From: Balanoglossus misakiensis | Lineage: Eukaryota > Animalia > Hemichordata | Assembly: GCA_040954595.2 (NCBI GenBank) | Contig: CM082577.2 | Coordinates: 13,833,903-13,897,902 of the forward strand | Direction of reading: 5' to 3' | DNA: 64,000 bases | Part shown: one piece after another, positions 12,151 through 25,000 of the stretch | Numbering within the stretch: position 1 is the stretch's first letter | How the letters are laid out: each line of letters starts with the position of its first letter | Made by a program: the position numbers and the translations under genes | The notes under the pieces: generated by a model | The model's input: the letters and a program-made list of their open reading frames with translations, nothing else | Told to the model about the DNA's origin: nothing | Database searches by the model: none

Positions 12151-12998
12151 GCTTGGAGCAAGTCTACGGGAATGTTCAAGTAATTACATCATCGTGATGT
12201 GTCTCCGGGCCTGCCAGCAAGTTGCTCCGACCACGGGGGAATTGTGCTTTGAGCCATGGCATAAGCTCACATGGTTTATCACACAGTGTCTTCGTACAAT
12301 TCTGCATTCATTTGAATGGTCCTATCGTCAATTGCAAAGGGACAGTCAACGAAAAAAAAAAAAAAAAAACGTGTTCTACTTCTGGGATGACTTCTTTCGA
12401 ATGTTTTATTGACACTTATTTTTGCTTCAAAAGCAGAAAAGAACTGCACTACATCATACAACTAATTGCAAGCAGAAAAATCAAAAAGTTTCGAAAGATT
12501 TCCACTTCAAAAAATTACAGAATCTGGCCTCAGTCACACTGAATAATGCTCAACAATTCCCGATATTTCAGTGTTTCTAAGTTTTACCCCCCCCCCCCCC
12601 AAAGGATCTTAAGAATCATGTGTGCTAAAACGGACTTTTTCAAAGTTGCCCTCATGAATAAAAACGTAATGTCTTCTTATTAGACGATAAAACAATACAG
12701 TCAAGAAAATGCGTATCAAAATGTTCCTATGTAGAAAGAAAGGTTAGTCCGTCCGTTGAGGGCGCTCTCCGGTATCCCGGCCTCATCCTACCCCGAAGAG
12801 ATAAATCGTTTCAGACTTTGAGACCAAATGTCTGCATCTTTGTGAATTTTTAAAATTAAATATTCAATTAAACTCGTCTAAATTCCTGCCCTCAAAAGAA
12901 AGATAATTTTACATTTTGTGACCCTGTTTCTGCAACGTTTTCAATGTAAAATTCAATTATACTGTGCAACTAGGCCCTAGCTGTACTGTATCAGAATT

Positions 12999-13066
12999 CA
13001 CACACACACACACACACGTACATACACACACACATGCACAGACACAGACAGACACACACACACACA
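12999..13066. repeat. Imperfect (CA)n microsatellite
   Basis: Read directly. Confidence 0.85.
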
Positions 13067-16000
13067 GAAAATCACTCAAAATGACCACTAATTTCTGGCG
13101 AATCAGGTAAAAGGATACTGTTTATTATGATCTTTCAATACGTAACTTGAAGTTCAACATCAAATAAAGCTTTGCAGAAAATTAGGATTACAACATCCAA
13201 GGAAAACAAAAACGCTGTATAAACACACCTTAAAATTTGCCAACTCAGGGATCAATGCACTGGGTTGGAATACATTTTTAGCATGCGCTTCCAGGATTCT
13301 AGTCAATTGTCGAAATCCTAAATCCCCTCAACATACTCGAAGGAGTCCATGGTTCCACAAACAATAAAATTTCAAATACTGGTATTGCTTTTATCGTACA
13401 CACATTTTCACCTTTTCTGCAGACAGGCAGAACATGCAGCATGCAATTACAGAGAATTGACACAAAGTAATTCTGAAGTGCAGGCGAATGTCGTGAAATC
13501 GGTCATAGTACTGAGCAGAGTCAATATATCACTGCATATGTTTCACAATACGGTGAAAAAGAATATGCAACGAAATCATGCATATGTATGCATAGGCGAT
13601 ATGCTAATAAAACCAAAAACTTGGCGAGAACAGAAAATCGTGATGCTATAAAATGCAAAGCAAATGAATATTTACATGATACAACGGAAATGGTAACCAG
13701 GTAATCTTTCTATCTGGAAATTGTTGTCTGGAACAAATCATGACTAAATATGTCACGACTCTATCAGCATACAATTTGCTACCACCAGTCTTTGTGCAGC
13801 AAAGTACAAAAGAATAAGTTTTGGTAGTTTTACAAAATTATTCCTTCAGACAAGAAAGATGGGGTTTGTCAGCTCATTTGTAATAATTTCTACACAAAAT
13901 CATCCACTATGTCCAGATTTGCCAAGTGTGTACCCTTATATCATGTTCCACAAATGTTGACTTTTAACAATTCACCTCAAACCCAGACAGTAAACACATT
14001 TAAGTTAACTGTATAAGTTGTGAGAGCTGAAAAAATGTCCCCTCCCAACCTGTACTATTTCTAGGTCCCAAAAATGATGATGCCCTCGAGTGTTTTTCAG
14101 TGTGATTATTAATGTTTGTAAAAAATAATCTTTTGTACATGAACGATAAACATTTGAAGCCAACTCGTTTTCATGATACATACTGTAATATATCTTTCTC
14201 TAAGGATGAAGGACAGTTAACAAAGCTATAAAATCTCTCTACATCTCCCAGCAGTCCTCTGTTATAACACAGTCGTGATCAACCTTGTGATCATAATTTT
14301 CATGAAAGACAAAAATTGATTTCAAAGAAAATTAGCTAAACCATCAAAATAATATAAACATAACATACAAACATATACATAAACTAAAAGTAAAATAAAT
14401 GTACAGCACGAAATTAGGCTCCATGTTTTGCACTTGGGATCAAGGGTCAACTTCCAAAATAGATCATGTGACTTATTACTGGCCAATCAAAGTACCTGAG
14501 AGGGATCAAGGCAGGCCAGGCTCATTTCTAAAATAAAATTATACTAAAATTAAAATAACACTAAGTGTATGCACACTATTCACCATATGGAGTATGTAGA
14601 TTTAAACATATGGATAAGTCAAGGCTGAACGTGATACTGCCACCAAGTGTTGGGCCCTGCAAAATTTCAGCCAAGTCAAAATATTACCCATCAGATCTGG
14701 CTCAATATTAAATAACGAACACAGTACCAGTTAAATAAATTCGCTGGATTGCAAGGTGTTGCTATGGCAATGGAGTTGTTGAAATTACTTTGGATGGTCA
14801 TATCTTGTCCCTGCCTCAAAATGGGACAGGATCAAAATCTGTGATTTGATCAAGTTTTGAGTATGTGGGGAGCAGAACGTGTCATAGCCTCCTCTGAAAA
14901 TTGCACACACAAAATACCACTCTAAGTAGGTACATGTGTATACTTGAGACTCCAGCTTCAGTCAACATAAAAAATATGCTCTGGAATACTGTAGTAAGGT
15001 AAAATAAATATATTATTTTGAAAATGAATTTCCGAACATTCTAAAGAAACACTGCCATTTCACCAGTAATTTGCAATATTATTTTGGTCCATCCTATTTT
15101 GGGAGGTTTAAAATTATTTACTGATCGGACGAACTAAAAAAATAACTGTTAAGGACACCCTCATGTTTTTGACGAAAAGAAATCCATCTGTTGTTTTCTC
15201 AATCATAATTTAAGCAGACATGAGGTCAACACGTTTGAAGCAGAGATGGTCACTAATGGCCGACAGGTTTCCCGCCAAATACTCAGAGAGATGACCTCAC
15301 CCATCCAATCCAGAGCAAATAAATGCCAGAAGATGTGGCAATGTTTAAAGTGAAGGGGTCGCTGCGTTTGTTTGTTTATAAACATTACAATTCATCCACA
15401 AATAAGATAATTCTTAGAATGAAGCAGCCAACATGACTGATCTACCTGGACTTTGTGATGTGTCATCTTGGACAAGTTCACTTTTTTTGCACTTGCACTT
15501 TTGAACCGGAAACACAACATGTCTCATGTCTATTGGCTGGTGTTCAAGCCACTGCAATCCAATGGGTGTATCTGGCATCGAATTTCTGCAACTAACCAAA
15601 ACAGTTTGCACCCTGCTTGACCAGAAATACTGACCTCCTTGACAGTGTGGAAATGAAAATGATCTTGTAGTAAATCTGATGATATAAATCATGTTACATG
15701 TAATCAAACAGAACCTTCATCACACATTGATGCCAAGACACAAGTTTCAATATAAAATGCAACATGGAAACATTTTGTGTAACCAAGTTGTATGTCGGCC
15801 CTAAAAAATAGTTTCAAATATATATATAGACTGACTTATACGTACGTACTGTAACATGTGGACAATAATATATCTTTATTTCTTGAATTCTATCAGCAGT
15901 TGAACCTAAATTACAGCATGGAGAGTACATATCCACAGCATACATCCAAAAATACCGGTCCCAAATGTTGGAAAACTTTCTCCGAGGAAAATAGAGTGGT

Positions 16001-16079
16001 AACAACATGTTTTTTTGTTTGCATTGTCTGGCCTGGGTCACACAGTTCACACCGACTGGTTTGTTCCGGTTTGCTCAAT

Positions 16080-19000
16080 CTACATTCTGTCGTCGGTCAT
16101 TTCCAGGAACTGAGCGTACACGTCTCGACTGCACTCCCCTTTGCTGTTGAAGACAAACTTGTAGTAGCTTCCATCTGCACAAATAGCTGTGAATAAAGGA
16201 TGAACGATCAGTCAAATTGAAAGTATTGTCCTTTCATTTAAAGGGACAAAGTCTCTCTCTCGCTGCCCTTTTTCCATTAATCATGATTGATACAAGACAC
16301 CATTTATGTTATGTGGATTGTTGGTTTCTCAATTTGACCGATTAATTTATTTTTATTTGACTGAGTTATGTGTAAAATTTCATGAAAATGACAATAGCAG
16401 AACTGAGATTTCCAGTTATTCTCAGTGTAATCCTATGGGAAAAGATGAGTGCGCGCAGTTTTCCAGTTTATGTTCAACACGTAGATTCTTAAGAGCAGGC
16501 ATGAAAATGTGGCTTGCACACAGTAACAGGAAAAAAGAAAGGCAATGAAATGCATGGACCTTTACCCTTATCACCACCATGGTTGGACCCAAATCCAGTG
16601 TTTTCTATGGCAAAATTTCATATCTATTGAAGGAACTGGGCAAGTTTTATTGGTTGAAATTTTTCATATAATGATCAGGTGGAAAATTGGTTTGTAATAG
16701 TTTGCAGAGAACATCTTTTCCACTACCTGTATGTGAGATTTATACTGAGAAGTATCCTGTGAGTTTTTTCTGGAGTTGAAAGATAACCACGGTATGAATC
16801 AAGGGGGTATACAGCTTGTGTACGAAAAGTGACAAAGGGTCAAGTTTTGCTTAGAGAGTTTGCTGCTCACAAATGGAAATCATTACAAAAGTGGGAAGGA
16901 GTGGATTTTCCATAGTTAAAAATTGTGATTTACATTCATGGTCAATTTCTAGAGTTGAAATAGAAATTATCCCCCCCCCCTCCAAAAAAGGGGTGGTTGT
17001 TTTATTACAGCTGTCGAATTACAGGAATAATTACGGTATACACCTTTTTCATAAAGATGGCACCGTTTCAAAACATGGCATTATCACCAAGCAGACAATG
17101 TGAAAACGAGGCCAGTAAGCCATACCGTACTGCTCGAGGCTTGTTCTATATACATGATACAATTTGCGTGTAAAAATTACCTTACAATATAATATGGCTG
17201 TCAAACGTCTTTCTCAACTATAGCGTTGATATGCAAGACGATAATGTTTTTACTCTGTGGCTTACTGGCCTCGTTTTCGTGTCATATTGGAAGGGCGCCC
17301 TCTACGAAGAAGGTGTATTACTGGTTATGATGACATTATAGACAAATGAATTCATACATGGAGACTTACCAATAACTGAGTTGGAATCGGCTCCAAATGC
17401 ACAGATGCAATGTGATCCACCAGAAACTTGAAATCTTGAAAAACTCCACTTAGAACTGAAATATTTTGGAAGAAAGCTTGCAGAGGCAAGACTTTGGAAG
17501 AGATAAAAAACAAAAGAACATTAGTCGTCCTGTTTTGTCTTCAGAAAATAATGAACAGTAAGCATATTGTTAGCACTGGGAGGCTACCATTTCAGGGTTT
17601 GACCTTGGTTTGTATGATAATAAGATCACAGATGATTATGCATTAACCCTAACTCTGCCGAGTCAGTAGAAACTGGTTTGATATCCAAGGTGCCTCGAAT
17701 CCTGGCTCCCAGGCCCGTTAGACTGCCAAGTGCTTGTTAATCAGTAGGGCCTATAAAAGACCCTCAGACCAATACAGTGCAAACCAGTGCGATTTGGTAC
17801 AGTTTACGGGGGGCTCAGACTGCCAAGTGTGTCTAAGTACGTATGAGAGCCATGTCAAGACAGTCAAAATACATTTTAGAAGAAAAAGTGTCAAATACAT
17901 ATTTTAAGGGACTTGACACTCTAAACAGATATGACACCCAGTAGCATTAGGGTTAAATTGCATGTAATACAAGAAATATTCGTCATGAATGATTCGATGC
18001 CCAAATAAATCGTCGTTTTTTTTAACAATTCAAACATGCACCATGACTTTCTGGTAATAATTTTGCACAAAAGCTAGACAGTGCTGAGTCTAATGACCCA
18101 CCTTGACTGCTTGTTCTTTTTGGGATCTTCAAGAGCAAATATATGAACAGTTCCATGGTCACTGGACACACAAATCAGGGAAGAATCTTGATTGAAACTT
18201 ATGCTGCAGGGGAAATAAATGCAAGCGATGGACAAGGTGTAAGGGAGTGATGTTTGGAGAATGTCTGACAAAATACTTCTCACAAAATGTTCATGAAAGT
18301 CAGTAATGCATCATTCATGTCTAGTTTTGTTATTAGCTGGCTTTGTGTGTTTTTCCTTGGTTTCTGGCCATTTTGGGTGGGGCGGCCACACTTTATGTGG
18401 CTTGTGGCGTTTTTGAAGCCCACTCCTTTGTGGTCGATTAATATGTGCTTATTTTCAGTGGCTTACTGTTTTGTAAGATTTTCCTCGCCAGTTGACATTT
18501 GACATGTGACCTTCTTTGTTTCAGGTTTTTCTGTGTTTTTCTGCCATTTTGAGCGAGGAATTTGAAATATTTAGACATTTTCACATTCAATTAAATGTCA
18601 AGATTACTTGGCCTTTCGCTCCATATTGTTAGTCTTTAGTGTTTATTAATCTCCCACAAACAGAGCAAAATGACCAGAAGTGGTTGAGTTCATATGCAAT
18701 GCAGGGATATAAAAGATGATTCACACAATACACACACTTACCAGTATATTGTCGCACTCCCCGAGCCCCGCCGAAGTTCTTGAAGTTGTGAACCATTGCT
18801 TGTGTCAAACACCCTAATCAGTGTACCCTGTCACAGAAGGCAATTACATAATAATTATTGTCAAACTTACTGATGTTAAACCATGGCTGCTCTGTCGAAG
18901 TTAATTAGAAATGTTTTTGGGGTGAGTCTCTTAAAGGGACAAAGTCTCTCTCTCGCTGCCGCTTTTCCCATTAATTACGTTTGACACAAGACACTGTTTA

Positions 19001-22000
19001 TGTTATTCTACATGTGGATATATAGTGAATCAACGTTCGACCACACACAGTCACCTTCCATCCTGCTTGTCGACACGAGAGTGAAAAAACTCGCCAAAAT
19101 GAATAATCGGTGTTTACCGTTTATTCATTTTGACGAGATTGTTTAGACTCGTATCTTACAAACAGCATGGAAGTTGTGTGTGGTAGAACGTTCATGCACT
19201 ATATATCCACATGTAGAATAACATAAACGGTGTCTTGTATCAGGCATAATTAATGGGGAAAGTGCAGCGAGAGAGAGACCCTTTAACCGTTTCACCAAAT
19301 AGTTCGGTCCAAGTTCATTGTTTTGCATGGTAAAGTTGGGACTCTACACTATTTCCAGTGCATAATTACAAGATGTCACCCAAGTGACTAAACATATATA
19401 TTCATGTTTTGTCTTGTCAGATTCACCAGAGGTATAACAACCCAACTCATGCATGACAACACTGAACAAGTTCCATGTCACCCGGTCTAACAGAACATAT
19501 TTTGAGTACAAGGAATGTAAAAACAGAGGTACAATCCTTTACCTTGTCTGATGCAGTAGCTAGTCTGGTACCTTGGAGATTTAACGCAATACAACTAAGC
19601 GATGACTCATGGGCAGCCAGGTCCAATGGGGCTTTGTCTGTGTTGGCAAGATCGACTATCTGTACATGGCCAGTCCTGCGACCAGGGAATGCTAGTAGGG
19701 AATTGTTACTGTTGGGGCACAGTTGGCACAGACCTTGGATATGAGGGAATGAGAAATGGAAATTAAGAAATGTTTGAGAGTAATGCAGTGTTCCATCCAG
19801 GGTGGCAACAACATGGGGGATTTGTCCGCCTTTGCCAGAATACCGTACATGGGGTATTCTGGCAAGGGGGGGGGGGGGGGGGGGGGGTGTATTAGCTCCA
19901 ACTTTTGGGTTTTCTGTACTCACACTAGCCAGGCTGTGCGCAGCCCACAATGTCAAATTTGAAGCAATACTATAATCTACCAACAAAAGGGTAACATAGC
20001 AGATCTACTGAGTACGCTGTATGTCATTTAAAACACTAGGTTGGCCATGAGTTCTTATCGAGAAAGGCACGAAACCACTGAGATGGGCAGCCATTTTGAA
20101 TTTAAGACAATTTTGCTAGTGACCCCAAACTTTTATTATTATTTTTACGAGAATAAACTGAAGATGCTTTGAGCAAAATATGAGTTTGAAGTGAAGGCGT
20201 CGTCACGCTGCATTTGTGTGTTTACAAACATTACAGTTCATCCACAAATCCCTGAAATGTGAAATTAGATAATTCTTTGAAAGAATGAAACAGCCAACCA
20301 TACATGTAGCGTAGATGGGGCATGACAGCATCTGAAGATCCTAGTACAGGTTGTGGCGACTGCAGTGGGATTTGTGCTGGTATGGGAGGACATATTCTCA
20401 TCAGGGGGGACACCAACACGGTGGGACCAACACTTCCCTTTAAGCATTGTCGCAAAGAGAGGCATAATTACCTTTTGGATTATGGCAAGTTTCAAACACA
20501 TGAAGCTGCTGTGGATTTTGTGTAAATGTATAAACTTTTATCATGGAATCAAGGACAACAACAATCCTGTAAATAATGACAAGAAAATTAATTAATGGAC
20601 TAGTAGGTAATAAGACAGATCAGAATATTAAAGGGCCACAATCGTACTATACGCATGTGCCAAACCAGAGACTCTGGTCACAAAAATTGTATACATTCAA
20701 TGCCACAAGGCAGTGTGCTGTCCTAACAACAGACAAGATGGCGGCGACCATAGTCTGTGTCGGAGATCGGGAAACGACATCAAATTGGGTGAAAAGAAGG
20801 TATACTTATATGGTGCGTATGGATTATGGTAGGAAGCGAAGGCATTCCACTATTTGAATATGTTGAATGCAAAACTTGCAGAGCATTTGGATTGGATGTA
20901 ATATTTGTACACACGAACTTACACACATGTGCATAATACAATTTACTTGCAACACATATTTTATATGCAGTACCAACCCGACATCACAAACTGTGTTTAC
21001 TTCCTGTGGAGGCTTCAGATTCAAGTTTGAGATTTACGAAGCAAGAGTAGAATAACTCATGTATCCCAGTGTGAACAAGTCAACCCTTCACAGTTTACAT
21101 GCAATTTCTCGACAACCTCCGCAGCATGCAAAAGTGGCTCGGTTTAAAATAGAAATAAATCTCACCTGTCTCTTCGAAGTCTTACTGCTTTCACTTCACT
21201 GGAAAATTCAAGTTCTATGACATGTTTCTTCTTGAGATCATCCCACACCATGACTACAGACAATACAAGTATCATATATACATGAAACCATGGATATCGA
21301 GACAACAAGAAAACAAGTAGACTAGGGTCATCAAGATTCTACAGTGACACTGCCTCTGTGCAGTGTTTTCCCACTTTTAAAATTACACAGTAACCTCCAA
21401 TTTACATACATGTGTACGCCCATACATGGCTGCAATGGAATATTAGCGCGTTCTAAACAACATATTGTGGCGATCTTTTTTTCGCGTGTGCCACCCACTG
21501 AAAATCTGTGATTGGCTAGATCTCAATTTGCCATGGTAACTAAGGCTAATTTTCCATAGGTGACCGTATACCTTTAAGCATAGAGTACAATGAATAACAG
21601 ATTTGATTTAAATTTTCAAGGTTGTTTCTATGGCATTTACAAACTTTGTAACCAAACACATGCTAGGCTATAAACTTCATCTCTGGGTGGCTAACATTCA
21701 ATTTCAAATGTCAGATTCCGACCATTAAATGTTCTACAGACACTGACATCATGTGACAAAGTTTCCAACAAATATGTGTATTACTATTAACTAATTGTAT
21801 TTGTGCGATGGATCACTTTATTTGAGAACTGGATGTTCTCCTTGCATTTGGACCCGAGATCTTGAAACGCAATAAAATTATTATTAATAACTATTAACCA
21901 ACATGAATAAACCCAAACGTCTATGGACTTTTGCTTGTAGCACTGTCATTTCAAATACCGTGTTTTCAGCCAATACTGCCCAACTCACCTTTATTTTGGG

Positions 22001-25000
22001 GATATTTGGGGTTTTTGCCACCTCCCACTAACGCTAGATAATTACATCTAAACAGCATTTCAATATGACCGATTCCTCCTTCTGAGAAATCTGCAATGTA
22101 ATAAATCAAGTAAGTAATTAGAAATCAGTTCAGCAGGAGATAATCATAAAAGAATATATGAATGTACAGAGCACATGTAATCATTTTCTTTATTTTTGTG
22201 ATTTCTCATTGTATTTTTAGAAAGCTTTCATTTTTCTCATTTTAGTGTGAACCTTTAACACAAAAGCCTGCCATAAAATCTTTTTTTTTTTTTATTAAAT
22301 GAAACAGAATCAGTGATCTACATGTATTGTGTTGGTCAAACAGACGAAAAATAACAACAAAACACTAAATAAACACATGTACTAACCTTGTCTTTCTTTT
22401 TCTTTTAGTGGGTCACAATTGTAAACTCGGAAGCCATTTTCCATACCACATGAAAAGCAGCCTGAAAGAATAGAAAACAGAATGATATTGATTTAATATG
22501 CAATAAACATGGAGATATATTTGACATTTTCCCCAAAATGTTCAAATTGGGACAAATAAATTAATTCCTCTATATTAGTTCACTTTCTTGTTACTATGTT
22601 AGTCTCGGTCATGCAACAAATGCAGACAAAGATCCTGCATACATCTTTTACTTTCACTTTCCGAAGTTGTTACTATTTTGTCTTTCACAGTTTTTTATCC
22701 TTTCTCAATGAAGTATGTATGTGCAAATTTGTATATGTATACATGTAGGACAAACTTTTATTGCATACGTATTACATGTATTCACAGAACAGTTTCCAAG
22801 ACAATGGTCAAGTTAGGTTTCACTTAACCTAAAACAACTTTAATCTCCTGCACTTTCAGTCATGGACAAAGTTGCTAATTTCTGACATTATTTTGTTGTT
22901 TTTATTTTGTTGTGCTGGACTATTTATTTCAATATCATTCCTCTAAAAGTACTGAAACACTTGCTAAATGACCAGCTGTTACTTACAATTCAACAGGTAC
23001 ACAAAAGTAGCAGGAGAATATGTCTACAATATTATAATTTTGGTACTGACCCAAAATTAAATGATGGAACTATTCATATATAATGTCTTTGCATGGATTC
23101 TTATTCTGAGTGAGTTAGTTCACATATCAGCCAATTTAGCAAACTAGTTCCATGTACTTGCCTTTACACACTATGCTCGTTTAACCCAATGGCAATCATG
23201 TATTTTATGTAACAGTGCTGTTATAAACACGTTTCATCCTGATTTTAAAATAATGTCATCTTTTGTAAGGCAAGGCGAATACTAGTTATAAAAATAGCGT
23301 CAAGGACACTGTGGTCCCATTTGAGGATTATGCGGAAACAGTGACACACCAGAATAAAAATTACAGGTGACATTGCAAGCAGATCTGCAAGCAGCAATAT
23401 CGGGCCCAAGCCAACATAGCAACATAGCAATAAGCATATCTGCTCTGGATGCCAAGATATGGAAAAGTAGGTCAAAGGTCACCTGAGGTTATGCAAAATT
23501 TGGGCAAGAAATTTTGACCCTATACTGGTCCGTGTTCAACAAAAAGCAAACATATAGCCCTATTGGTTAGCCTGGAATTAGGTATGCACATAATTAATGA
23601 GATATGCAGGTGTCACAGGTGACCCCCAATTTTGGCTTTTCAATTTTAGTCCCAACCCTCCAAACGGCAAGTCTGTACCTGCTCTGGATGCCAAGATATG
23701 ATAAAGTAGGTAAAAGGTCACCTGAGGTCATGCAAAATTTGGGCAAGAAATTTTGACCTTATAGTGGTCTATGTTCAACAAAAACCAAACCTATAGCCCT
23801 ATTGGTTAGCCTGGAATTAGGTATGCACATAATTAATGAGATATGCAGGTGTCACAGGTGACCAATATTTTGGCTTTTCAATTTTAGTCCCAACCCTCCA
23901 AACGCCAAGTCTGTACCTGCTCTGGATGCCGAGATATCTGAAAGTAGGTCAAAGGTCACCTGAGGTCACCCAAAATTTGGGCAAGAAAGTTTGACCCTAT
24001 ACTGGTCCATGTCCCACAAGAACGAAACCTCTAGCCCTATTAGTTAGCCCGGAATTAGGTATGCACATAATTAATGTGTTAAGCAGGTGTTACAGGTGAG
24101 CCCAAAAATTTGCCTTGTATTTTGGCCCCATTGTGCTCACTGACCAATAGACAGTCACTGTACAGGACTATTGCACAGACCAGAATTCCACAATAAGACG
24201 TGGACATAGCTTAACCATAGAGGTATAAGTAAAGGTATAAATTTAATGAAAAGACTAAAAAATTCATAAAAAATAAAACATCCATGATATCAACTCAACA
24301 CTTACAGGTCATAGTGAGGTTGACATAAGGTACATGCATACCAATTTTCAAAGCAATCTGACCAGTAGTTGTTGACTTACAGAGTTTTGATCAATTTCAC
24401 ATTTTTCCAGCTAATTTGCATATTTTTGGGCCTGGCAATTTCGTTTGGACAAACTCCCATCTACAGCCCTGCCTGCACCTACACACCAAATATTGAGGTG
24501 ATACGCGCAGCGGTTTTCAAGTTTTTGATGTGGACGGACATACAGACATACATCCATACATCCATACATCCATCCATACATACATACAGACGCAACCCAT
24601 CCCATAAGGTCCCATGGTACATTGTATATAGGCCTATACCAATGGGACCTAAAAATTAATTAAAAAAAATACTTGAGCTTTCATTACACTTCACTGTAAA
24701 CACACTGCACACTGGTGTGAGGTCATGGACTTTAGTACAAATAAGATCCCAAGGTCAAAGTGTATGTATTATAATGCACCAAGGGTGTGAGCGCCAATAA
24801 CGTCATCATACAGTGATACAAATTACAATATTTAAGATGTACATGTAGGCACATGCAAATGTGTACGCACTGTTCTGCCTTTCATTGTACATTTTAATGC
24901 TTTACTATTAAAATGCTTTTTAATATCAGAAAATGAGATTAAAAATCCTTCCAAAATGAAGAACGGTAAACACCGATTATTCATTTTGGCGAGTTTTTCA

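Noticed and set aside
23441-24110. Regularly spaced repeats as a possible CRISPR array
   Set aside because: Whole 239-bp units repeat with no unique spacers; eukaryotic context and no cas genes.
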